Shown here piece by piece: positions 45,960 to 55,147 of a DNA stretch of 64,000 nucleotides. This DNA comes from an uncultured Acidimicrobiaceae bacterium (GTDB lineage: Bacteria > Actinomycetota > Acidimicrobiia > Acidimicrobiales > Bog-793), in assembly GCA_963807575.1 (NCBI GenBank), contig CAWECD010000020.1, positions 135,037 to 199,036 of the forward strand. The letters are read 5' to 3'. A program made the position numbers and the translations under genes. The number at the start of each line of letters is the position of its first letter. Position 1 is the stretch's first letter. The notes under the pieces are model-generated. The model was not told the DNA's origin. It searched no databases and saw only the letters and a list, made by a program, of their open reading frames with translations.

Positions 45960-46717
45960 AGACCGTGCGAGACATCAGCCTGCTGTTCGAGCGCTACACG
46001 ATCCAGATGCTGCGCAACCCCGTATGGCTCTTCGTCGGCTTCTCGACTCCGATCCTGTATCTCGCGCTCTTCACACCGCTGTTGAAGCACTTCAGCGGAA
46101 TCCCGGGATTTCCGAAGGGCAGTGTTCTCGACATCTTCCTGCCGGGCATCCTTGCGCTTCTCGCGTACGCAAGCGGAAGCGCCATGGGCTTCAGCACGAT
46201 CTTCGAGCTCCAGGCCGGCGTCATCGAGCGCCTCCGGGTCACGCCGGCGAGCCGTTTCGCGATCCTCATCGGACCGATCCTGTCCGGGCTCATGATGATG
46301 TTCGTGTTCGATGCCGTCGTCGTCGCAGTCGGTTACGGCTTTGGCTTCCACGTCCATTGGCTCGGTTTGCTGGTACTCGGTGTGCTCCTCGCGCTGCTTG
46401 CGGGGCTGATGGCTGCGTTCTCCGTTGCCACGGCGCTGGTGACCAAGGACATCAACAGCTTCGCCGCGATCATCAACGGGCTGAACCTGCCGCTGCTGCT
46501 CCTCGCAGGCGTGCTGCTTCCGATCTCGCTCGGACCCCTTTGGATGCGCGTCATTGCACGCTTCAATCCGCTCTACTACCTCGTGCAGGCTTCGCGGGCG
46601 CTCGCGGTTGGGGCATTCGGCGATTCGGCCGTTTGGCAGGCGTTCGCCGTGCTCGCACCGCTGTGTGTGCTGGTGTTGATATGGGCGACTCGAGTGTTTC
46701 GCAAGGCGGTCGCATGA
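45956..46717 (+). CDS. ABC-2 type transporter permease
   Basis: GTGA overlap with the ATPase stop. 253-aa six-TM-like ORF. Confidence 0.85.
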   Translation: MKTVRDISLLFERYTIQMLRNPVWLFVGFSTPILYLALFTPLLKHFSGIPGFPKGSVLDIFLPGILALLAYASGSAMGFSTIFELQAGVIERLRVTPASRFAILIGPILSGLMMMFVFDAVVVAVGYGFGFHVHWLGLLVLGVLLALLAGLMAAFSVATALVTKDINSFAAIINGLNLPLLLLAGVLLPISLGPLWMRVIARFNPLYYLVQASRALAVGAFGDSAVWQAFAVLAPLCVLVLIWATRVFRKAVA

Positions 46718-47132
46718 GGGAGCGATCCCGGGGCGACAGCTGAACGCCCAACTTCGAAGGCTCGAGTCGAACTGAAGGTGCGTGCTCCACAGAAGAGTCA
46801 AGGAAAGTCGCGGATCCTCGGTCCTTCGAGCGCACAACGCCGCACCGAACTTCCTCTGTTCGGGACGAGCGGGCGGAGCCATATCGAGGCCTCGAGCCCC
46901 AGAGCGTGAGCGCCGATCGCCGATTATCGCGTTCGGCCAGCAAAATGGCCACAGAGGCAGACGGTGTTGTTCTGTCGCGTCACTCGACCGGGTGTTCAGG
47001 GATACCTGGACTCCGCTCGGCATCGGCACGGTTAATCAGGTGATGAACATCCCTCCCTGGCTCAAGGGCGATGGGCGATGAGTTGGGCCGTCCCGGCGCC
47101 GGCGAGAAGGCACCGTTGGCACCTAAGCCGTT

Positions 47133-47801
47133 TCAGGCGGCCATGTCCAGCTTCAGCAGGCGCTCGAGGACGGGCACGTGTGCTGCCGCGGAACCAAAGG
47201 TCTTCGCCCCACGGCCCATGACTGCACCATAACTGGTGGTCTTGATGTTGTTCACGACACCGACGAGCTGACCCCCGTTCACCGGTTTCGTGTAGGTCCA
47301 GCTGAACGCTATGGGGCCGAGGGACGGGAGCGCCGTGAAAAGGACCTTCACACCCTTCGGCGATCGAGCGGCAAGGCTCGCCTCGGCAGCTTTGAGTGTG
47401 GCGACTTCGGCGGGCGGCATCTTTGGTGTCATCGAGATGATGACCTCCCACCCGCTCGCGGTGGTGGGCTCGAATATGCACTCATACGAGGAGTTCTCGA
47501 TGACGGCCTCCAAGAGCCTTTCGTTCGCTCCTACGGTCGAGGAGACTGTTCTGACCGGGAAGTGGGCGCAGAAAGCCGAGATCGTCAAGCCCGGAGCCGA
47601 CCTCCGCCCGACCAGCACGGGTGCTGCGTGCTGTGATCCCGCTCCGTGTTGCTGTGCCTGGGCAGTAGTCGGCAGGAGAGCCAGAGACGCTGCACAGCCG
47701 CTCGCGGCGAGGAGCATGCCCGCGAGCCACCAAGCGCGGGGTCCGCGACGGATCGAGGTTGCCGCGGCCTTGTGCGGCCCGGCGGTGCTTGAGGTGCTCA
47801 T
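47133..47801 (-). CDS. Secreted/lipoprotein-like hypothetical protein
   Basis: 222-aa ORF with an N-terminal basic region plus a hydrophobic segment ending in ...LAASGC. No family recognised. Confidence 0.55.
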   Translation of the reverse strand: MSTSSTAGPHKAAATSIRRGPRAWWLAGMLLAASGCAASLALLPTTAQAQQHGAGSQHAAPVLVGRRSAPGLTISAFCAHFPVRTVSSTVGANERLLEAVIENSSYECIFEPTTASGWEVIISMTPKMPPAEVATLKAAEASLAARSPKGVKVLFTALPSLGPIAFSWTYTKPVNGGQLVGVVNNIKTTSYGAVMGRGAKTFGSAAAHVPVLERLLKLDMAA

Positions 47802-48183
47802 GATCTCTGCCCCCTTGGTCGAGGTTGCCTTGGATGTTCCCGAAGACCGGCCGAGACTGATCAGTACACCCTCTGAGCTCGATCGATCTCACTCTGCGTG
47901 CCACGATAATGATATCGGTCGACTCTGTTTTCCGGCCCGGACGAGCCCGGTTGTCCAGAGAAGGTATCGACGAAGGCATCAGCATCCAACGCGTTCCAGT
48001 TTCTGAACATCCGCTCCACGAAGGAGACCAGCTCGGGGGCTGACTCCATGCTCGACGATACGTCTTGGGGCCGCGGGCCGTTGGTCCGTCTTGCTGCGCC
48101 GGTCAGGGGCGCCTACGCAGGTGCAGAACTTCCGATCTGAGCGCGTTCGCTCTTTGCTGCTGAAGTACGGCGATGCGCCCGAT

Positions 48184-48279
48184 CGAGGCCTCTTGTTCGT
48201 CCTGGCCCGCTCAGAATGCCGAATATTTGCGGGTCCGTCAACACCTCTACAGACGACTTGCGCGTCGTTATGGCGCGCC
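48184..48279 (+). repeat. Interspersed intergenic repeat, copy A (composite: left block + right block)
   Basis: The left block 48184-48212 matches 57435-57463 at 28/29. The right block 48218-48279 matches 52712-52773 at 56/62. The GCCGAATATTTG core also occurs at 51519. Confidence 0.75.
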
Positions 48280-48622
48280 CTGAGCCAACGTTCGAGGACA
48301 CCGTGAGGGTGGGAGGTGGAGTCGATCGAGCCGGCTAAGTTCGAGACCAACCTGGACCCGCCGATCATCGAGGCCTGGCTGGCGGTCATCACCCGCTCCT
48401 GAGAGCCGTCCCGGCCGGCGGCTGGGCGCACGATCCGAGGTAGGCAGAGTCGCGCGTTCTAGGTCGGTGTGCCGCCTTCGTCGTGAAGAGCGCCGGGGGT
48501 ACGGCACGTCGCGGGCGCTCCGCCACTTTGCGGGCAGTGTTTCCCCGTCCCCGGTGCGCAGGATGAAACCCGAAGGTGGCGAGCCCTGCGGCTCAACGAC
48601 GCGCCCGCCGATCCGTCGCCCC

Positions 48623-48665
48623 TTGACAATGCCGCCTGGTGATCTCATAATCACTCTTGTGATTA
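48623..48665 (+). promoter_or_regulatory. Near-consensus sigma-70 promoter with overlapping palindromic operator upstream of the HdeD-like gene
   Basis: TTGACA (48623-48628), a 17-nt spacer, CATAAT (48646-48651). The perfect palindrome TAATCAC-tctt-GTGATTA (48648-48665) overlaps the -10 element. Confidence 0.5.
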
Positions 48666-48726
48666 GACATCAGTTCTGTAGGGAGCACTCCATGCCCGCA
48701 GCGACTGACCACCCATTCACCTACTC

Positions 48727-49311
48727 ATGAAAGGCAACGTCATGCTCAAGTCACTCAGCACCTCCCTCATCCTTCGGGGCCTGCTCGCCCTCGGCATCGG
48801 GGTTGTGGCCCTCGCCTGGCCGGGGGTCACCGTCCTGGCTCTCGTCATCGTGTTTGCCGTGTACGCCTTCATCGCCGCCGGCTTGCAGGCGATGCAAGCG
48901 TTCAGCAGCCGCACCGCCGGGCCTGTCTTCGGCCACCTGCTTCTCGGACTTGTCGACATCGCCGCCGGCGTGATCGCCATCGGCTGGCCTGTGCCCACCG
49001 CCCTGGTCCTCGTGCTGGTTGTCGCTAGCTGGGCCATCGTCACGGGAATCGTCGAGATCGTCGTTGCGTTCCGCAAGGGCGAGCAGGCTGGCACCCGTGC
49101 CATGTTCATCCTCGGCGGTCTTGTGTCCGCGGCGCTCGGCGTCGTGCTCTTCGCCCGCCCCGGCATGGGTGCCATCTCCCTTGCCCTGCTGTTCGGCTTC
49201 TTCAACCTGATCGCCGGCAGCGGGATGCTCGTGCGCGGTATCGAGGTGCGCCGGACCAACTCAAGGTTGCACACCCTCGTCCCGCCGGCCAAGACGAAGG
49301 CCGCCGCTTGA
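48727..49311 (+). CDS. HdeD/DUF308-family membrane protein
   Basis: 194 aa with repeated GxxxG-rich TM pairs (LLALGIGVVALAWPG..., LLLGLVDIAAGVIAIGWP..., ILGGLVSAALGVVLFARPG...), typical of HdeD-like proteins. Confidence 0.8.
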   Translation: MKGNVMLKSLSTSLILRGLLALGIGVVALAWPGVTVLALVIVFAVYAFIAAGLQAMQAFSSRTAGPVFGHLLLGLVDIAAGVIAIGWPVPTALVLVLVVASWAIVTGIVEIVVAFRKGEQAGTRAMFILGGLVSAALGVVLFARPGMGAISLALLFGFFNLIAGSGMLVRGIEVRRTNSRLHTLVPPAKTKAAA

Positions 49312-49329
49312 GCGGGCGACCCCGGCGAA

Positions 49330-49366
49330 GCCACCGGCGGACGCTGCTGAAGCGCCCGCCGGTGGC
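49330..49366 (+). terminator. Hairpin downstream of the HdeD-like gene
   Basis: 11-bp perfect stem GCCACCGGCGG / CCGCCGGTGGC with a 15-nt loop, followed by TCGTCT. There is no clear U-tract. Confidence 0.4.
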
Positions 49367-49399
49367 TCGTCTGGGAGAAAGCGCACCTTTGTAGCATGA

Positions 49400-49413
49400 G
49401 ATCAGAACTGATC
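49400..49413. promoter_or_regulatory. Putative TetR operator
   Basis: Palindrome GATCAG-aa-CTGATC, 27 nt upstream of the tetR GTG (49440). Confidence 0.4.
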
Positions 49414-49439
49414 AACCGATTCCAGAAGGAGAGACGGCA

Positions 49440-50105
49440 GTGACCGCTACGTCAGCAAATGGGGCACTCCCGACCAACCGGCTGGATCGTCGGAAGGCCC
49501 GTACACGACAGGCTCTCGTGGACGCAGCCGTCCGGCTGATCGCCGAGGGGCGGGGAGAACGAGCGAGCGTCCAGGAGATCACCGAAGCGGCAGACATCGG
49601 TTTCGGATCGTTTTACAACCACTTCGAGAGTAAAGAGCAGTTGTTCGAAACTGCGTCGAGTGAAGTGCTCGAGCGTTGGGCGCAAGTGCTCGACCGAGCC
49701 TGCGTCGGGATCTCTGATCCTGCAGAGGTCCTTTCACACTCGCTACGGATATCGGCCCGGCTCGGCTGCACGCATCCCGACGTCGGTCGATTCATCACTG
49801 GGGCCGGCCTGGACCTGCTCGATGCCCCCGGTGGCTTGGCACCGCGCGCCCTTCGGGACATCCGGGCCGGTCAAGCCGCCGGACAGTTCACAGTACGCGA
49901 TGCGGGTGTCGCGCTCGGCGCTGTCGCAGGCGGCCTCATTGGGTTGCTGCGAATGCACCAGAGCGATCCTGCACGAGTCGACGAGACATCTGTCAACGAG
50001 CTCGCCGAAGCGTGCCTCCGGCTGCTCGGGCTTCCCGCCGCGAAAGCGAAGCGATTGGCCGGACTACCCCTTCCGGCTACCGAGCCCTGGCAGACACCAC
50101 GGTGA
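49440..50105 (+). CDS. TetR-family transcriptional regulator
   Basis: RKARTRQALVDAAVRLIAEGRGERASVQEITEAADIGFGSFYNHF is the TetR N-terminal HTH. GTG start lies 7 nt after AAGGAGAG. Confidence 0.9.
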   Translation: MTATSANGALPTNRLDRRKARTRQALVDAAVRLIAEGRGERASVQEITEAADIGFGSFYNHFESKEQLFETASSEVLERWAQVLDRACVGISDPAEVLSHSLRISARLGCTHPDVGRFITGAGLDLLDAPGGLAPRALRDIRAGQAAGQFTVRDAGVALGAVAGGLIGLLRMHQSDPARVDETSVNELAEACLRLLGLPAAKAKRLAGLPLPATEPWQTPR

Positions 50106-51460
50106 CGCCCCTCAGCGTGGCGCCGAGGACGCGCGCTGAGATGGTGGAGGCAGGCCGCACGATGCGCTCTCGAGTGCCTCGCCGGAGTCATGGTGGCTGG
50201 CGACCGGCCCCCGATCGTCCCGATCCCTTCGACATCCTCGAAGGGTCGAACACGAATCGCTTGCCCCATCTGATCCCAGTCCGCAACGGTCGGATGATGG
50301 CATCGCCGTTCGCCTTCTATCGTGGCGCTCCCGCGATCATGGCGGCAGATCTATGTCGGACGCCATCAACGGGGATCGAGTTGCAGATTTGTGGCGACGC
50401 TCACCTTCTCAACTTCGGCACCTTCGCCACGCCCGAACGCAATCAGGTGTTCGACCTCAACGACTTCGACGAGACTCAGGTCGGGCCTTGGGAGTGGGAT
50501 ATCAAGCGTCTGGCTGCCAGTTTGGTGGTGGCGGCGAGAACAGCTGGACTCGACGACAGCGACGGGGTGACAGCCGCACTGGATTGCACGGCGGAGTACC
50601 GCACTGAGATGGCGAAGATGGCGGAACTCTCCGCATTTGAGGTGTGGCACTCCCGGCTTGACGTGGAATCGATTATCGCCGCCGCTCCTGACAAACCGGC
50701 CCGCACTCTTGCCAAGCGGAGCGTGGCCAAGGCCCGACAACGCACGAGTCCGCAAGCGTTGTCAAAGCTCACCACGGTCCTCGACGGCCGCCGGGTGATC
50801 GTGGAAGACCCCCCAGTGGTAATCCGCCTCAGCGATGCGCAGCTGGAACAGGCACGGGGATTCGTCAAGGCCTATCTGGCCACTTTGGATCCGGACCGCA
50901 CTCTGTTGTTGGATCGCTATGAGTTTGTCGATGCCGCGCTCAAGGTCGTAGGCGTGGGTAGTGTCGGCACCCGCTGCTTTGTAGCACTGCTTGCCGGTAA
51001 GGCGGATCTCGATCCTCTCTTCCTCCAGGTCAAAGAGGCCCAGGCTTCCGTATTGGCGCCCTACGTCGGCGGGACTCGGTATAGGAATCAAGGCAAGAGG
51101 GTCGTCGTTGGCCAGCGGATCATGCAAGCGGCGAGCGATGCGTTCTTGGGTTGGGCATGCGCCGACGGATTCGATACCTACGTCCGCCAGCTGCGTGACA
51201 TGAAAGGGTCGGTGCCTCTAGAAGTCGCCCGCCCTGATGACCTGGTCCTGTATGGGCGGCTCTGTGGCGCAGCGTTGGCCCGCGCCCATGCTCGAGCCGG
51301 CCAGCCAGCGCTCCTTTCTGGTTACTTGGGGTCGAGCGCAGCCTTCGACGAAGCCGTGGCTGCGTTCGCCCTGGCCTACGCCGACCAGAACGACAGAGAC
51401 TTTGCGTCTTTTCTGGACGCCATCCGCTCCGGACGTGTCCATGCTGAGCCGGGACGATGA
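50102..51460 (+). CDS. DUF2252-family protein
   Basis: RSHGGW.P...RPDPFDILE......LIPVRNGRMMASPFAFYRGAPAIMAADL matches my memory of the DUF2252 N-terminal pattern. I take GTG 50102 as the start (GTGA overlap with the tetR stop); ATG 50141 is an alternative. Confidence 0.75.
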   Translation: MTPLSVAPRTRAEMVEAGRTMRSRVPRRSHGGWRPAPDRPDPFDILEGSNTNRLPHLIPVRNGRMMASPFAFYRGAPAIMAADLCRTPSTGIELQICGDAHLLNFGTFATPERNQVFDLNDFDETQVGPWEWDIKRLAASLVVAARTAGLDDSDGVTAALDCTAEYRTEMAKMAELSAFEVWHSRLDVESIIAAAPDKPARTLAKRSVAKARQRTSPQALSKLTTVLDGRRVIVEDPPVVIRLSDAQLEQARGFVKAYLATLDPDRTLLLDRYEFVDAALKVVGVGSVGTRCFVALLAGKADLDPLFLQVKEAQASVLAPYVGGTRYRNQGKRVVVGQRIMQAASDAFLGWACADGFDTYVRQLRDMKGSVPLEVARPDDLVLYGRLCGAALARAHARAGQPALLSGYLGSSAAFDEAVAAFALAYADQNDRDFASFLDAIRSGRVHAEPGR

Positions 51461-51518
51461 CCGCAGATCGTCGCAGGGACGACGTTTTGGTACGCGCTCG
51501 TGTGCCAGTCGCGCTTCC

Positions 51519-51555
51519 TGCCGAATATTTGTGCGCGTGCAGACAACCTACGGGC
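51519..51555 (+). repeat. Interspersed intergenic repeat, copy C (diverged)
   Basis: TGCCGAATATTTG is identical to copy A, followed by weaker similarity (GCAGACAACCTAC versus GTCAACACCTCTAC). Lies between convergent genes. Confidence 0.45.
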
Positions 51556-51609
51556 CACCCGGGGGCGAACGGCTGCAGTCTCGAGCCTCGTCTCGTCAAC
51601 GATGAGAGC

Positions 51610-52200
51610 CTAGGGTGGACCCTCAAGCAGGGTGCGGTCTGCGTCCGGGATTCGCACGAACAGAGGCTCCACGGCCGCTTGCAGTTGAGTCATTGCAGAC
51701 TCAAGTTGTGCACGGTCGTCGTCGCTCAGGTGCCCTCGAGACCCGACAGCGATTCTTAAGACCAATCCCGAGAATCGCTCGACCTCCTCCAGAAACCGGC
51801 GGGTCACGGGGTCATCAAACAATCCCGGAGCGGCTGTCAGCAACATGCTCGCCAGGGTTCGAAGCTCCTCAGATGGAGAGCTCGCGGACCCTTCTGCAGT
51901 GTCGCCGACCGTCATGACCGTCTTCCATGCTCGACGAGCTTGGCCGTACACGATCAACGCTTGGACAGCAACCGACTGGGCGTGCTCGCGGCGCTGTCGA
52001 CGGGCAACCACCTCGTCGACGATCAGCGCGGTCACGGCTAGCACCAACAGGCTGGTGGCGACTGAGCCGGTCAGCGAGTGACGGTCCCACCAAAGCTGGA
52101 AACCTCGTATCCACAAATCGCAGGCGACCAATGCGAGGAGGCTCATTGTCACCGTGGCGGCAGCGAAGCGGCGAACAGCCTCGTTCATGAGTGAAAGCAT
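51610..52200 (-). CDS. Hypothetical membrane protein (two N-terminal TM helices + helical domain)
   Basis: Only the C-terminal ~196 codons of track ORF 51610..52797 look protein-like (MLSLMNEAVRRFAAATVTMSLLALVACDLW...). Start is ATG 52200 or 52188. Confidence 0.5.
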   Translation of the reverse strand: MLSLMNEAVRRFAAATVTMSLLALVACDLWIRGFQLWWDRHSLTGSVATSLLVLAVTALIVDEVVARRQRREHAQSVAVQALIVYGQARRAWKTVMTVGDTAEGSASSPSEELRTLASMLLTAAPGLFDDPVTRRFLEEVERFSGLVLRIAVGSRGHLSDDDRAQLESAMTQLQAAVEPLFVRIPDADRTLLEGPP

Positions 52201-52711
52201 GCTTCCTTTGCGTGCAAGCTTGCAGCTCTTGTCGGCGGACTGGTCTTCTGAGCTTCCCGAGTCGCCTGTCGACTGAGAGCTACGGGCTAGACGGCGCGCC
52301 TGCCTGGCGGTCGCGCGAACTTGTCGGGTGTTCGAGCCGGGATAACCCTGAGTGGAGAGCCCCAAGCGAGGCTCTCCACCGCGACATTGACTTCTCTTCG
52401 TCAGCTGGTTGCAGTGAAAGGTCGCCGAACAGCGCTCTCCGCGCCACCGACGGCGCACGCGATGGCCGTGCCAAGGCAGGTTGTCGTACGCGTCCCCAGT
52501 ACGACCTCCACGCGGTTCCTCCTCAAGCGCGAGCATCGTGGTTGTATGGCCGCCACCCGTGGCGCCTGCTGCCCCGGCGGGCACAACGAGGACATGTGTT
52601 CGGCACGCGTGCTCGCTGGCGCACAGATCAACGCTCAGAACGTCAGCCGGGCCATATTCGATTGCCGCGACCGAACAACGGTTCCGGGACGGTCGGCTGA
52701 TCAGCGCGTAA

Positions 52712-52773
52712 CGCCGAATATTTTCGGGTCCGTCAACGCCTCGACAGACGATCTGCGCGTCGTTCTGGCGCGC
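52712..52773 (+). repeat. Interspersed intergenic repeat, copy B
   Basis: 56/62 identical to 48218-48279 in an ungapped hand alignment. Confidence 0.75.
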
Positions 52774-52851
52774 CACACGGAGAGGCGCCCATGTCAATCT
52801 GAAGTCACTCCTTACCTGTGGAGCGCAGCTGGGCTCAATGTTGCCTAGGTT

Positions 52852-55047
52852 TCAAGTAGACCGGCGCCGCTCGACAACGACCAATGCGACGAATGCCGAG
52901 GCGCTGAGCACAAGCAGCTGCAGGTAGTCGGGGAAGCCCCGGTAAACGAAGCGCACCGTGTGTACCCCCGGCTTGACACCCACTCCGACGAGCGCCGGCG
53001 CCACCATCTCTGTAACGGCGGGGCGCCCGTCGACGAAGGCTTGCCAGCCGGGATCGAAAGATGCAGACAACAGCACCACACTGGGTCGCGCGACGGACAC
53101 TTCGGCGAGAACGGAGCCGTCGGCCAGATCGGACCGTTCGGTGAGTACTCGGCCTGGACGCCCCGACGGATGCTTTCCGGCCGGGAGTGTCCCCAGTGCC
53201 GCGCTAGCGCCTCCGTAGGCGACTGTGGGGTAGACCGGGTTGGTAGACGAGAGATCGGCTAGAAACCTGGCCGACATCGAACCGAGGTCGCTTGAGGTCG
53301 CGGCGAAACTGCCGCGTGTGTCGACGATTTGCACATAACCATCGCTCGGGAGTTCCCACAGTGCGTAGCCGCCGCGCCTCTCCACGGGCTTGGCCGGCAG
53401 AGGGGCCTGCATCCCGACCGGAAGGATCAGCCAGCGGATACCGAAGGTCGCGTAATCGGCAGGATTATCCTCGTCGAACTCCACCTCCGGGTCGCTCATC
53501 AACGACGCAGTCCGCAGCGTGAAGCCGACTTCATCGACGTCCTCTGACGCCAGGTACTCATAGACCGGTACCTCCTCGACGGTGAAGTCCGCACCCCACC
53601 CAGCGGGGAGACCGGCAAAGGTCCGCCCGCCACCCTTGCTCTTGATCATGGCGATGAGTACGTCGAGCTGAGCCGCGTCAGGGGCGGCTGAGTACTGCTC
53701 AGAGATGAACGAAGCGTTTCGATCGGCCTGGCCAACAATGAACGACCAGGCCGGTACGAGCGCGCCCACGGCTATGCACCCGACGGCAAGGATTCCAACG
53801 ACGGTCCCGCGTCGAGCGGTGACACCGGGCGCGCCAAGCACTCGTGTTGCTCCAGCTACTGCCCAGGTCGCGAGCTGGGCGGCGCCCACACCAGCGAGGA
53901 ACAGGCCTGAGAGCTGCACTCCGACAATGAACCGTCGGAGGAACAGGTCCTTCGAACCCGGCAGCAGGTCGAGCAGTGATCCCAGCGTGGGACGGCCAAA
54001 GAAGAGAATGAGGCTGCACAGAAAGAGGAGTACGAGCGCACGCGCGCCCCGTCCGACCGCTGCGATTGTCGGCGGACGCTGCCAGGCATAGAGACAGAGC
54101 ACAAGTCCGACGAGGAACAGCGGTGTGATGAGGACAATGTGGTGCCAGTCAAAGATGTCCCCGGTCAAGAGTGCATCAAGAACCTTCTTCGCGCCGTAGG
54201 AGTTCGCGTCAGGTCCGCTGAGCAGGAACTGATCGACGGCGGCCCACCTACCCTCGGCGACGAGCGGTACGAGCGCCCACGCGGAGAGTGCCGCCGCGCC
54301 TCCAGCGACGAGAGATCCCCGACCGGCCCTCACGAGCAGCTGTGAGGGCCGGGCCAGCACGAACACGACCACTGCGGCAAAGGCCAGATATCCGGTCTGG
54401 AAGTGGAAGGCGGCTGTGGCCGCAACGGCGATCGCAGCAAGGACGACGAAGCGCCGCTCCTCGACTGCACGCCATGAGAGTGCCCATGCGAACGGGAGTG
54501 TCCACATCGCCCAGAGCTGGCTCCACAGCCCGTAGCCGCCCCAGAGGTAGCTGATCTGCTCGTAGCCGACGCCCGTGAAGCTCGAGACGAAGGGAGAGAG
54601 CACGGCGGCTGCCATCGCCGCGCCCTGGCGCAAACCGAAGAGGCGACCGGTCGCGTAGACACACAGCGGCCAGCATCCGACAAGCAACCAGGTGGTGAGC
54701 GTGAAGGCGCGCCCGACGCCGATTGCCCAGGCGAATAGCGCCGTGAGCATGGCTGCGAGGCTCTGATAGTGGAGGTATAGCGGCGAACCGAGGTTGAGAA
54801 ACGGGAACCACGAATCGGGCGGGAAGTGGCTGGCACGGATCTTCGCCAAGGCGAAACGGACCATCTCCTCGTGCATCGCGGAATCGTTCAGGTAGGGCAC
54901 CTGGACAAGCTCGGAGCGCAGCAATGCGAGCGAGATGCCGCAAGTTGCGACTACCGGAACGAGCCACAACAGACCCAGCTCCGGTGTTCGGGACGACTCG
55001 AAGTCGACCGGTCGTCCCTCTAGCATTCCCGGCTCCTTCGATCGCAA
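52852..55047 (-). CDS. Large polytopic membrane protein, possibly a GT-C-type glycosyltransferase (YfhO/ArnT-like)
   Basis: 731-aa ORF. The N-terminal ~450 aa contain many TM helices. The C-terminal ~250 aa form a soluble domain ending in one more TM. The functional call is based on architecture only. Confidence 0.6.
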   Translation of the reverse strand: MRSKEPGMLEGRPVDFESSRTPELGLLWLVPVVATCGISLALLRSELVQVPYLNDSAMHEEMVRFALAKIRASHFPPDSWFPFLNLGSPLYLHYQSLAAMLTALFAWAIGVGRAFTLTTWLLVGCWPLCVYATGRLFGLRQGAAMAAAVLSPFVSSFTGVGYEQISYLWGGYGLWSQLWAMWTLPFAWALSWRAVEERRFVVLAAIAVAATAAFHFQTGYLAFAAVVVFVLARPSQLLVRAGRGSLVAGGAAALSAWALVPLVAEGRWAAVDQFLLSGPDANSYGAKKVLDALLTGDIFDWHHIVLITPLFLVGLVLCLYAWQRPPTIAAVGRGARALVLLFLCSLILFFGRPTLGSLLDLLPGSKDLFLRRFIVGVQLSGLFLAGVGAAQLATWAVAGATRVLGAPGVTARRGTVVGILAVGCIAVGALVPAWSFIVGQADRNASFISEQYSAAPDAAQLDVLIAMIKSKGGGRTFAGLPAGWGADFTVEEVPVYEYLASEDVDEVGFTLRTASLMSDPEVEFDEDNPADYATFGIRWLILPVGMQAPLPAKPVERRGGYALWELPSDGYVQIVDTRGSFAATSSDLGSMSARFLADLSSTNPVYPTVAYGGASAALGTLPAGKHPSGRPGRVLTERSDLADGSVLAEVSVARPSVVLLSASFDPGWQAFVDGRPAVTEMVAPALVGVGVKPGVHTVRFVYRGFPDYLQLLVLSASAFVALVVVERRRST

Positions 55048-55147
55048 CTTCGATGTCGTAGATCGGCGCCAAGCACCCAGACGACGACGTCGCCGACCGC
55101 CGCGACTCTTACGAGTTACGGCGAACGGTGATGTATGAGTCAGTGGT

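Noticed and set aside
48213-48245. The repeat A/B right block read as an ECF-type promoter on the plus strand (GTAAC-N18-CGTCAA in copy B).
   Set aside because: The -35-like pentamer is not conserved between copies (AGAAT in A, TTCCT in C). In copy B the downstream direction runs antisense into a gene end.
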